This document shows positions 9,524 to 17,912 of a stretch of DNA of 57,477 nucleotides, piece after piece (position 1 is the first letter of the stretch; the number at the start of each line of letters is the position of its first letter). Below the pieces are notes generated by a model. That model saw nothing but the letters and a program-made list of their open reading frames with translations, was not told where the DNA came from and ran no database searches. A program made the position numbers and the translations under genes. Source of the DNA: Anaerolineales bacterium. Its GTDB lineage: Bacteria > Chloroflexota > Anaerolineae > Anaerolineales > UBA4823. The stretch is from assembly GCA_035291645.1 (NCBI GenBank), contig DATDRQ010000077.1, positions 1 to 57,477 of the forward strand, in the 5' to 3' direction.

Positions 9524-10735
9524 TTATACCTGCAGCCTTTGTGCCTCCATGACCTGCCTCTTCGGAAGACCTTTTTCCTGCTCCAGCAGCCATAAGGACA
9601 CGTTTCCAGGTTGCATGGTCTCTTCGACCACCTGCAACAATTCATAGGTTATCTTTTCCAAATCCACTTCATCGCGCAACCTGGCGCTGAAGTCTGCCAA
9701 GGTCTTTTCCGCATTGTATTTGCGGCGGTAGAAGCGGCGATCGATAGTCGACTGGATGCGGAGGCGCAAGGGGACGAATAATGCGGCGATGGCCAGCGTG
9801 GAGACGACCGTCACAAGTTCAGTTTGCTCCAGACTGGTGAGGTAACGCAGGAAGGTCTGCAGTGCAATCACGCTGCCAAAATACACCAGCGCCAGCGTAG
9901 CGGTCAGCGTGGCGTAGATCAGCGTGCGCCGGATGAGGACGTCGATCTCCCACAGCCGGTAGCGGTAGATGGCGATGCCTATAGATAGCGGGAGAAGGAT
10001 CAACGATACGATCGAGATGATCCCATTGCCCAGATCGTAGAGTTCGTTCAGAGGACCGGGCTGGTTGAGCGATGGGAAGAGCACACCCGGTAAGATCGCT
10101 GCGGACGAACCGACAATAAACGCCGCTAAGCCGAACACGACCCACTTGGTTTGTTGGCGTTGCACCGGATTGGACACCCGCATATAGCGGTAGATCTGAG
10201 CGACCAGACCGCTGCCCAGGAAAATAAACCAGGATAGAGATGAGAATGGATCGGGCAATTTCAACGGTCCGATTGGTTGGCTGACCAGGACGAGTGCGAT
10301 CAAAGCTATCGTTAGTAACCTTGTCCAGCGTGGCACAAACCGCCCATCGGGGAAGAGATACAGGAATAGTAGCAGCAATACCAGCCCGAGAATCCTCACG
10401 AAGTTGACTGGGATCGACCAGCTGGGGTCACTCTCCAGAAGCTCGTCCCAGGAGGGTGAAAGCGTTGCCCCAAAAGTCACCAGGAAGAGTGAGACGAATA
10501 ACGCCATCCAATCAGCCGGCTTGCGCCAAACGATGACCAGAGCGATGGTGGTATAAGCGATCAGAAGCACGACCTCAACCACGATGAAGTTGATCTCGCG
10601 CAACATAAAGCGCGCAGGCGCGCTGGCAATGAAAATCCCCAGGGTCAAGAGAATCAGCCCGGCCCAGATCGACCGTGCCAGGATGAGCCAGCCACCACTC
10701 AAGCGATTTTCTACTTTGCCAGGTGAATCGGTCAT
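9524..10735 (-). CDS. Polytopic membrane protein with a cytoplasmic tail (sensor-like, no output domain)
   Basis: 403 aa with about 8-10 TM helices. YRYRLWEIDVLIRRTL...DRRFYRRKYNAEKTLADFSARLRDEVDL resembles a widespread membrane module seen alone or N-terminal to kinases. Confidence 0.75.
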   Translation of the reverse strand: MTDSPGKVENRLSGGWLILARSIWAGLILLTLGIFIASAPARFMLREINFIVVEVVLLIAYTTIALVIVWRKPADWMALFVSLFLVTFGATLSPSWDELLESDPSWSIPVNFVRILGLVLLLLFLYLFPDGRFVPRWTRLLTIALIALVLVSQPIGPLKLPDPFSSLSWFIFLGSGLVAQIYRYMRVSNPVQRQQTKWVVFGLAAFIVGSSAAILPGVLFPSLNQPGPLNELYDLGNGIISIVSLILLPLSIGIAIYRYRLWEIDVLIRRTLIYATLTATLALVYFGSVIALQTFLRYLTSLEQTELVTVVSTLAIAALFVPLRLRIQSTIDRRFYRRKYNAEKTLADFSARLRDEVDLEKITYELLQVVEETMQPGNVSLWLLEQEKGLPKRQVMEAQRLQV

Positions 10736-10941
10736 CGTTCCACTGTTTTTTATTTGCGGAATTCTCTATTAGGATAAATTATATCCAATTATATCTTATG
10801 CCAATTTACAGGGAAATCAATGGGCAAGTCCGTGATGCGTGTAACCTTGCACGATCCACCGCCTGTTGTCAAACGGCGGCAGTGGTGGTCCATTGTCTTT
10901 ACCATTCGGTCGGGGAGGCCGCGTGCTCTGGCGGCTGTGAA

Positions 10942-11688
10942 TCACTGAGTGTGCGGGTCGATGAAGGTGATCGATTCGATTACAGCCTCGATCGCCTTAT
11001 CGCCTTCGGCCAGGTTTTCCTCCCCGCCAGGCTGCTCGACGATCAGGGCGATGGCATAGAACAACTGCGAGTCGGAGGCTGCCACCATCAGGATCTGCCC
11101 GGCGACCTTTTCTCCGCTCAGCCGACCGGTAATATCGGCTGCCAAACCGTCCTTCTTGCCGATATTCACGGCGTAGGGTGAGCCGGCATTGAATTCCTCC
11201 ATCCCGCCGCCGACTCCGCTCAGTAGTTGGTCCAGGTGTTCCTCGAGCGACCCGCCGGACTGTACGGGAACTCCAGTCATCGAGAGGATGATTGTGCCGT
11301 CCCTGTTCACCAGGGTGGCCTGGTCGGGTTTAAGGTGTAGGTCATAACCGACTACCGGGCGGAACGAGAAGCCAGCATCTTCAATGGTGCGCAAATCGCC
11401 CAGGGTGATAGCAGAACGGGCAGTTGCGACTGCTTCATTGTTGGTCGTCGGCTTGGGTGGCGAAGTAGGCGCCGGCGAAGCAGGCACAGAGTCTGCAGAA
11501 AACTCAACCAGATCCGCAGTCGATGCCATGACGGGTTCCTGAGTCAGTAGCACCGGCTGAGCCTCGGAGGCCGTTGGAGGAGCGCTGACCACCGTGGAAC
11601 CATAGGCAACTGGCGCGCAGGCAGTGACAGCCAGGAACTGTAAAACTGCCACCAGGCAGATCCCCCCGGCGCTTCGGGTCTTATTCAT
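10942..11688 (-). CDS. Secreted lipoprotein, function unknown
   Basis: 248 aa. Signal peptide with lipobox LAVTAC, then a Pro/Thr-rich linker and a globular domain. Confidence 0.7.
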   Translation of the reverse strand: MNKTRSAGGICLVAVLQFLAVTACAPVAYGSTVVSAPPTASEAQPVLLTQEPVMASTADLVEFSADSVPASPAPTSPPKPTTNNEAVATARSAITLGDLRTIEDAGFSFRPVVGYDLHLKPDQATLVNRDGTIILSMTGVPVQSGGSLEEHLDQLLSGVGGGMEEFNAGSPYAVNIGKKDGLAADITGRLSGEKVAGQILMVAASDSQLFYAIALIVEQPGGEENLAEGDKAIEAVIESITFIDPHTQ

Positions 11689-11733
11689 GATGACCTTCTC
11701 GAATTTGTGCTCTGGACTACAATTAGTTCAATA

Positions 11734-11761
11734 TAAAAAGCCAGTCCACCCGGGTCTGGCT
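11734..11761 (-). terminator. Possible intrinsic terminator
   Basis: On the minus strand: AGCCAG, an 11-nt loop, CTGGCT, then TTTTT. The stem is only 6 bp. Confidence 0.4.
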
Positions 11762-12031
11762 TGACAGTATGATTCCCGCTTGTCTTTTCTAAAACCTGGA
11801 TTCCGAATCCTTTTGCCTGGCTTGGGGACCGCACCTGACCGAATCAGGACGACCTTCGACTCTTTGCGCGTGGCTTAGATACCGTAATTAGTCCAATTCT
11901 ACCCGGATTCGAGCCGGCTTTCAAGACCTTTCGGTAACATTATCATTTGACTGGACTAGGACCTGCCGGGGATTTCTGGATCCAGGTGAAAATTTTAAGG
12001 TTGCAGCAAGGCACCGAACCAGAGGATCTTT

Positions 12032-12313
12032 TCAGAATGCCGTGATCTCGCCGACCTCCTGAATATCGATAGGGATATTTTCTATCTGGGCAGGGATGCG
12101 GTCTTCGGGTGAGAGTTGTGATTCCGGCAGTTTGTGCTTGACCAGGACTACCACGGATACGGTATTCGTCGGCTGCCCGCCGACCTGGCGGAAGCCGACC
12201 CCGACACCGACCACGTTCGGCTTCGAGAGCAGCTCCTGTTCGTACGCCTGTTTCACCGCCAGTGCCCTTTGGGTGGCGGCCTGAAGATCGGAAGGGTCGT
12301 ATTCTGAGCTCAT
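12032..12313 (-). CDS. Stand-alone paralogue of the N-terminal domain of the adjacent protease
   Basis: 93 aa. ATGA overlap with the upstream gene. 34 of 63 ungapped positions are identical to residues ~21-83 of the protease (PNVVGVGVG..VVVLV..KLP..LSPE..P.D..EVGE). Confidence 0.7.
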   Translation of the reverse strand: MSSEYDPSDLQAATQRALAVKQAYEQELLSKPNVVGVGVGFRQVGGQPTNTVSVVVLVKHKLPESQLSPEDRIPAQIENIPIDIQEVGEITAF

Positions 12314-13320
12314 ATCACTACCTGCAAATCATCGAGCACGGCCTGGATCGGATTGAAGATCGTGGTCTGGTTCGAACCGGCGAAGAGCAAGCCAACGGCT
12401 CGCAGTGAATCCCCCGCGACCACCAGAGAGCCGGAATCGCCGCCTTGCGACATCGGTCCTGCGATCAGCTGGTTCTGGAAGACCGCGGTTTTCCCAACCC
12501 CGTAACTGACGCTGACCGTTGCGTTCAGCAAGTTGATCTGCCCGGTGGTGAAACCGGTCGTGCGGCCAGATTTCCGCACGGGCATTCCCAGGGTGGCTTC
12601 GACCGTCCCGGAAACTGTGCCGATCTCCAGGATCTCGTCCAGGACATCCGCGTCGTTGAGCGGGCGGGCCAGGGCGGCGTCGATCATGTTGGTGGCTTGC
12701 GGGTTGGAGCGGTGTGAATCCAGCCGGTGGCTCGAACCCAGCAGGCGGGCGATGGCGTTGCCGAGTTCGACGTAAGCATTCGCCAGGCTGCAACTCCCCG
12801 GAGAAGAGGAAAAATCGATCGGGCGGAAGCGCTCGAGAGTGGCGATCTGGTCCAGGTTGGTCGAGCCGCCGTCGGCGGGACCCGGCTGCAAAATGGCGTC
12901 GCCAGGCGTGGCGTCGTTGCTGTTGGCGAGCACGTGGTTGTTGGAAAGGATCAGGCGGGTATTGGTATTCTTGTCGCGCACCACACAGCCCAGGGTGCCG
13001 GCAGTGATCTTGAAATGGCCGAGGCTGACCCCGCCGGGGGCCGGTCGCCAGCGATCCGTACGAGCCTGTTGGGCTCTCAACTCGCCGACCTCGACCACGT
13101 CGACCGGGACGCTGTCCACCCGCTTCGGCAGCACCGCCTCCGGCGACAGGGCGGCCAGGGGCAGCTTGCGCCGCACCAGGACGACCACTCCGATCTGTCC
13201 GGTCGGGACCCCGCCTGACACCTCGTATCCTACCCCGACGCCGACCACATTAGGGGTGGACATGATCTGAGCTTCTACCGACTCTTTAACCTGGTTGACT
13301 TCCTCGACCTGCGGGGACAT
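12310..13320 (-). CDS. Trypsin/chymotrypsin-fold (S1-like) serine protease with an N-terminal accessory domain
   Basis: 336 aa. Candidate catalytic His in LSNNHVLAN and Ser in GGDSGSLVV. GTLGCVV start of the protease barrel. Confidence 0.8.
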   Translation of the reverse strand: MSPQVEEVNQVKESVEAQIMSTPNVVGVGVGYEVSGGVPTGQIGVVVLVRRKLPLAALSPEAVLPKRVDSVPVDVVEVGELRAQQARTDRWRPAPGGVSLGHFKITAGTLGCVVRDKNTNTRLILSNNHVLANSNDATPGDAILQPGPADGGSTNLDQIATLERFRPIDFSSSPGSCSLANAYVELGNAIARLLGSSHRLDSHRSNPQATNMIDAALARPLNDADVLDEILEIGTVSGTVEATLGMPVRKSGRTTGFTTGQINLLNATVSVSYGVGKTAVFQNQLIAGPMSQGGDSGSLVVAGDSLRAVGLLFAGSNQTTIFNPIQAVLDDLQVVI

Positions 13321-13558
13321 GGGCTACCTCCTGGTTTTCGAAATGCGAGCACTGGTCTGCAGACTTTCTTGATCCGAGCCAAGGATCTGGGAACGGTAAG
13401 CGGATTGTATCACCACTTCGGCATAAAATAATGGGAGGAATAGGTATAATGGATATTAATAGTCTTATTATTCCCGTTACAGGCGGTCAAAAGCCGCTCG
13501 CACTTCTTGGGCCACGCAAAATGATTGTGCCAAGGGGCAGTCATTTGCCGCCCCGGAT

Positions 13559-14008
13559 ATGAATGAGGAAATTATGGCATCAGAAGAGATAGTCTTTGAC
13601 AGCCCGAAAGGGTGGGTGAGGAGTCATATTCGGGATTATGTGGAGAGCGATGGCAAGAAAGGTCACCGATGGCGAGGGCTGCCCACGCTGTTATTGACCA
13701 CGGTCGGTCGCAAGTCGGGAAAACTTCGCCGAACGGCGTTGATCTATGGTCGAGATGGGCAAAGCTACCTGCTGGTGGCATCGAACGGTGGCGCGCCGAA
13801 TCATCCGTTATGGTATCTGAATCTGGTCGAAAACTCTGAGGTCGAATTGCAAGTAGGTGCAGACAAGTTCCCTGCACACGCCCGCACCGCTACCACAGAG
13901 GAAAAACCGCGCTTGTGGAAACTGATGACGAAAATCTTTCCACACTACGACATATATCAAGCTAAAGCCGGCCGGGATATTCCAGTAGTGGTCGTTGAAC
14001 CGATCTAA
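13559..14008 (+). CDS. Deazaflavin (F420)-dependent nitroreductase family protein
   Basis: 149 aa. LLLTTVGRKSGKLRRTALIY...VASNGGAPNHPLWYLNL...EEKPRLW is the characteristic DDN-family pattern. Confidence 0.8.
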   Translation: MNEEIMASEEIVFDSPKGWVRSHIRDYVESDGKKGHRWRGLPTLLLTTVGRKSGKLRRTALIYGRDGQSYLLVASNGGAPNHPLWYLNLVENSEVELQVGADKFPAHARTATTEEKPRLWKLMTKIFPHYDIYQAKAGRDIPVVVVEPI

Positions 14009-14133
14009 CAGTACCAATTTCCAATATGAAGCGCATTCACTTGATTCACAACCACGGCATTCAGGTGCCTGGACCAGGCGAGCGCGCCAGGGCTTCAGCC
14101 GCAGAAATTCGCGGCTCATCTCGCCCTCCGGGT

Positions 14134-15021
14134 TCAGGTTTGATTCGACAGGCTGTAGCCCAATTCGGCAGTGCTTGATAGTGTCAGGAGGCCCATCGCT
14201 CCGGCCGGGGAGTGTAGCCAGAGCCGCTGCGGGTGGCCGGCAGCACTGCCATGCTGGCGGCGCAGGCTACCAGCCCCTTCCCCTGCCTGCTCCAGGACAA
14301 GCCCGGCAGCCTGAAGGGAGAAAGAAACCGCTGCCGCGCCCGGCGGGGTATAGCCAGACCCTGGCTCGACCTCTGGCTGCCTGCGAAGTAAAGCCCGATA
14401 GCGCGCCGTGCTGGCAGCCAGATCGGCCACGGCGATCGAGATGGCGGCAACCCCGCTCGCCCGGTTGATATGTTGGGTTGCTTGACCTTCAGGGACCCGC
14501 AGATTACGCGGGGTGACATCGTCGATCAAGAAAGGCAGGTCACGCGTCCTCGGGCAGGCGGTGCGCCAGGAGATCTGCTGCTGGTCTGGGCGAACACGAC
14601 CGCCCGGCGCGGGACCATCCAGCTCCAGGCCGCGCTCCCTGACTGACGGGAGCACATGATCCAGGTTCACGGCTCCCAGGGCGAAATCGTTGATCCCCGG
14701 ACCGATGAGCAAGGATTCTACGAAACGGCGGCCTAAAGGTGTGCGGCCGGCCGGATGGCGCTCCAGGAGACCGAGACGGTCAAGCAGGCGCAGCACGGGG
14801 AGACTGCGCTTTTGGTAAGCGGCGAGCAACTCGATGTATGAGCCATCGCCAAAGGATATCAGGGCGTTGTGGCTGAGCTGACCGGCGTGCACACCCCCGG
14901 GGGTGACCGTGAAGCCCATCGCAGAAAACTGCTGCGCTGCGCTAACCAGGTCGGCGACGACCAGGACGGCGTGATCGAAGATAAGGGCTCGCTGGGTTTC
15001 AGCCTGGCCTGGTTGGTTCAT
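14134..15021 (-). CDS. VOC/glyoxalase-like domain protein
   Basis: 295 aa. FDHAVLVVADL...GFTVTPGGVH...HNALISFGDGSYIELL resembles the glyoxalase-like domain. Confidence 0.65.
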   Translation of the reverse strand: MNQPGQAETQRALIFDHAVLVVADLVSAAQQFSAMGFTVTPGGVHAGQLSHNALISFGDGSYIELLAAYQKRSLPVLRLLDRLGLLERHPAGRTPLGRRFVESLLIGPGINDFALGAVNLDHVLPSVRERGLELDGPAPGGRVRPDQQQISWRTACPRTRDLPFLIDDVTPRNLRVPEGQATQHINRASGVAAISIAVADLAASTARYRALLRRQPEVEPGSGYTPPGAAAVSFSLQAAGLVLEQAGEGAGSLRRQHGSAAGHPQRLWLHSPAGAMGLLTLSSTAELGYSLSNQT

Positions 15022-15080
15022 TCCTGGTGTAGGGTATACAGGTGAAGCGCTTCGATCTTGGCGAAATGGTGCTCTACAGA

Positions 15081-15584
15081 TTACTTCTTCTTTCGTTTAA
15101 TACCTGCCTGGATTGCGATGCCGGAAAGGACGAGGGCGAAGAACAGGACGTTCTCCACCACCTGGCTCGCCTCCACGGCGTTGGCGATCAGGAAGGCTCC
15201 AATCACCGAAGAGAGCAGGATCAGCGCCCAATCGAAGAACAGGCCGATCAAGATCACCCCCAGGATGCCGCCAAAAATGAAGGCTAACCAGGCGAAGTTG
15301 ACCTCGCCCATCCCCAGAAATTGAAGTAAATTTAGGGCGATCACCCCACCGCCGAGGAATCCGGCCAGCCCGATGGCGACCCCTTGTAAGAAAATGGCGA
15401 TCAGTGCGCCGGCGATCCCGGCTGCGATCGCCACCAGCAGGACTAACCAGCCCAGATCGCTGCCGAGTGCCTGCCCGGCGAAGTAGAAGCCGGCCAGGAA
15501 TCCCAGAACGGAGACCAGCAGCCAGAACAGCTTGCGCCCAAGGACGAGCAGCAACCCGCCGATTATTAAGAATAGGATGTTCAT
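15081..15584 (-). CDS. Small multi-TM membrane protein (DUF4203-like)
   Basis: 167 aa, almost entirely Gly/Ala/Leu-rich TM helices with a KRKKK tail. 4-nt overlap with the upstream gene. Confidence 0.7.
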   Translation of the reverse strand: MNILFLIIGGLLLVLGRKLFWLLVSVLGFLAGFYFAGQALGSDLGWLVLLVAIAAGIAGALIAIFLQGVAIGLAGFLGGGVIALNLLQFLGMGEVNFAWLAFIFGGILGVILIGLFFDWALILLSSVIGAFLIANAVEASQVVENVLFFALVLSGIAIQAGIKRKKK

Positions 15585-15823
15585 GGTTCTTCTGTCTCTG
15601 GGACAGGCTGGATCGCCAGGGAGGGTGAGGCAGGCAGGCCGGCGAGCAACCTGCGGGTGGCTTCGGCGACCTGTGCTACCGCTCGCTCGAAGGCTGCCTG
15701 GTTGGCGCGCGAGGGTTTTCGGTAGCCGCTGACCTTGCGGACGTACTGGAGCGCGGCTGCTTGGATCTCCGCCTCGCTTGCCGGTCCCCCACTTGAGCGC
15801 AGCGTGTGGATGCTTCTACACAT
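15581..15823 (-). CDS. DUF2277-like small protein
   Basis: 80 aa. MCRSI..L......SEAEIQAAALQYVRKVSGYRKPSRANQAAFERAV matches my recollection of DUF2277. Confidence 0.6.
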   Translation of the reverse strand: MCRSIHTLRSSGGPASEAEIQAAALQYVRKVSGYRKPSRANQAAFERAVAQVAEATRRLLAGLPASPSLAIQPVPETEEP

Positions 15824-16006
15824 AGTTCAATTATATCCTTATCTATTCGATCGATTTTCCCGTTGATTCGACCATTCTTAAATCGCCGAAGACAACGGGT
15901 CGAGCTGGATCGAGCTAATCTCCGCGTTTAACGGAAAAAGTCTTGGTGAAGTTCCAACCCTGGCTCTTAAAATGACCAGGGATTATACAATTATACAAAA
16001 GTCCTG

Positions 16007-16035
16007 TTGACTCTCCGCTATTTCTCCCCTATAAT
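16007..16035 (+). promoter_or_regulatory. Sigma70-type promoter (TTGACT-17 nt-TATAAT)
   Basis: TTGACT at 16007-16012, a 17-nt spacer, TATAAT at 16030-16035. Lies in an AT-rich 470-bp intergenic region, ~260 nt upstream of the aminopeptidase ATG. Confidence 0.5.
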
Positions 16036-16297
16036 TACTCTCTATAACTATCCGATATATCTAAAATAATCCTGTTTCCGGCGGTTGCCTCGATATCTCA
16101 AACGTTGAACCGGGTTTCAAAAAAAGTCCTGCGGTTTTTGGGCGGGGAATCAAGCACCATCAACCCGTTGCAAAATCATTCCATACACTTGTTGAAAAGG
16201 AGGTGGGTAATAAATCCTGATCTATCCAAAACATCATGGATCGACCGATGATGGATGCTACACAAACAAATTCGAACGCCAAGAGGAGTGAAATAAG

Positions 16298-17800
16298 ATG
16301 AATAAACGAAATGTGAGGATCTTGCTTATCCTGGGATTGGCCTTGGTGATCCTGGCGCTCGTCCCGGCCGCGTTGGCCGAGGTTCCCTGCGATGTGCGGG
16401 TCAACGATAATCCCAAGAAGCTGCTCGAATGCGTCACCCTGGAAGGGGTGCGCGAGCACCAGGCCGCCCTGCAGGCCATCGCCGACGCCAATAACGGCAT
16501 CCGTACCTCGGGCACGCCCGGCTACGACCGATCGGTGGACTACGTCGTGCAGCGCATGGAGACTGCCGGGTATGATGTGACCGTCCAGCCGTTCCAGTTC
16601 CAGACCTTCATCACTCTCTCGCCGTCTATATTAGAGCAGGTCGCGCCGCCGCCCGCCGGACCGATCGCTAACAATATCATGGCCTACTCCGGCAGCGGAG
16701 ACGTCACGGCGGCTGTGACTGCGCTGCCAGCGCCGCCGGTGGACGCAACACCCGGTTGCGAGGCGGGTGACTTCGCCGGGTTCCCCGCCGGCAACATTGC
16801 CTTGATCAGCCGCGGCGCGTGCACCTTCGCCCTCAAGGCGACCAATGCCTATAACGCCGGTGCGTCCGGTGTGGTGATTTACAACAACATCCCCGGCCCT
16901 CTCAACGGCACGCTCGGCAATGGATTCACGCTGAATATCCCGGTCACCTCTGTTACCCAGGCCGTTGGCCAGCAGCTGGCCGCTACGCCGGGACTCGTCC
17001 TGCGCCTGAAGACCGACACCTTCCGCGGGATCGCCACCACCTACAACGTCCTGGCCGAATCACCCGGCGGCAACCCGGACAACGTCGTCATGGCTGGCGG
17101 GCACCTGGACTCGGTCAATGAAGGCCCGGGCATTAACGACAACGGCTCCGGCAGCGCGGCCCTCCTGGAAGCAGCCGAGCAGATGGCCAAGGTCAAGCCG
17201 CGCAACAAGGTGCGCTTCGCCTGGTGGGGAGCTGAAGAGTCCGGCCTGGTCGGATCGACCTTCTATGTGAACAACCTGAGCGCTGAAGAACGCGCTAAGA
17301 TCGCGCTGTACCTCAACTTCGACATGGTCGGTTCCCCCAACCACGTCTTCTTCATCTACGACGGCGACGACTCCGACGTCGTGGGCGCCGGGCCGGGCCC
17401 GGAGGGGTCCGCCCAGATCGAGAAGAAGTTTGAGCAATACTTCAACATGGTAGGCCAGCCCTTCAAGGGCACGGATTTCTCGGGACGGTCGGATTACGGC
17501 CCCTTCATCCTGGCGGGCATCCCCTCCGGCGGCCTGTTCACCGGTGCGGAGGGCATCAAGACGGCAGATGAAGCCGTGTTGTGGGGCGGCACCGCCGGCC
17601 AGGCCTACGATCCCTGCTATCACCAGGCCTGCGACACCTACGCTAATAATAACGAAACTGCCCTTGAGCACAACTCCGACGCAGTGGCTTTCGCAGTGCT
17701 GCAGTACGGCATGAATACCTCGGAGATCAACGACGTCAAGGGCAAGGGCAACTTCAAGCCACAGAATATGGACTATCTAGGCAACGATCTGGTCCGCTAA
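16298..17800 (+). CDS. Secreted M28-family aminopeptidase with PA domain
   Basis: 500 aa. Signal peptide ending ALAEV. Zinc-ligand blocks GGHLDSV, NDNGSGSAALLE and WWGAEESGLVGS. SD AGAGGAG before the ATG. Confidence 0.9.
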   Translation: MNKRNVRILLILGLALVILALVPAALAEVPCDVRVNDNPKKLLECVTLEGVREHQAALQAIADANNGIRTSGTPGYDRSVDYVVQRMETAGYDVTVQPFQFQTFITLSPSILEQVAPPPAGPIANNIMAYSGSGDVTAAVTALPAPPVDATPGCEAGDFAGFPAGNIALISRGACTFALKATNAYNAGASGVVIYNNIPGPLNGTLGNGFTLNIPVTSVTQAVGQQLAATPGLVLRLKTDTFRGIATTYNVLAESPGGNPDNVVMAGGHLDSVNEGPGINDNGSGSAALLEAAEQMAKVKPRNKVRFAWWGAEESGLVGSTFYVNNLSAEERAKIALYLNFDMVGSPNHVFFIYDGDDSDVVGAGPGPEGSAQIEKKFEQYFNMVGQPFKGTDFSGRSDYGPFILAGIPSGGLFTGAEGIKTADEAVLWGGTAGQAYDPCYHQACDTYANNNETALEHNSDAVAFAVLQYGMNTSEINDVKGKGNFKPQNMDYLGNDLVR

Positions 17801-17876
17801 GATCGCTGCACGTTTGAAAGCCTTCTGGTTGTCTGCCTGACCGAGTGGGGCAGGCTCCAACCCTCGGGTCACGAAG

Positions 17877-17912
17877 ATCTCCGCCCGGCAGGTCCTGGCG
17901 GAGATTTATTTA
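17877..17912 (+). terminator. Intrinsic terminator after the aminopeptidase gene
   Basis: ATCTCCGCC, an 11-nt loop, GGCGGAGAT, followed by TTTATTTATT. Confidence 0.55.

Noticed and set aside
11763-12031. A ~270-nt untranslated stretch between the small protease-domain ORF and the candidate terminator. I considered a small RNA or a RiPP-like precursor peptide.
   Set aside because: Only a 15-codon ORF without an SD is present. There are short palindromes (CTGGATCCAG, GGATTCGGAATCC) but no convincing extended structure or known motif.
13516-13532. A sigma54-like motif on the minus strand (TGGCACAATCATTTTGC), ~200 nt upstream of the protease operon. It shares the GGCACAA -24 half with the two strong sites.
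   Set aside because: TTGC lies 2 nt further from the GG than the strict GG-N10-GC spacing allows. Sigma54 promoters generally do not tolerate this. Worth revisiting only if TSS data show a start near 13500.
16236-16301. A 21-codon uORF (MDRPMMDATQTNSNAKRSEIR) overlapping the aminopeptidase start by ATGA.
   Set aside because: No SD lies at a functional distance, since the strong AAGGAGGTG is ~32 nt upstream. I cannot assess conservation. It is mentioned under the leader finding but not called as a gene.
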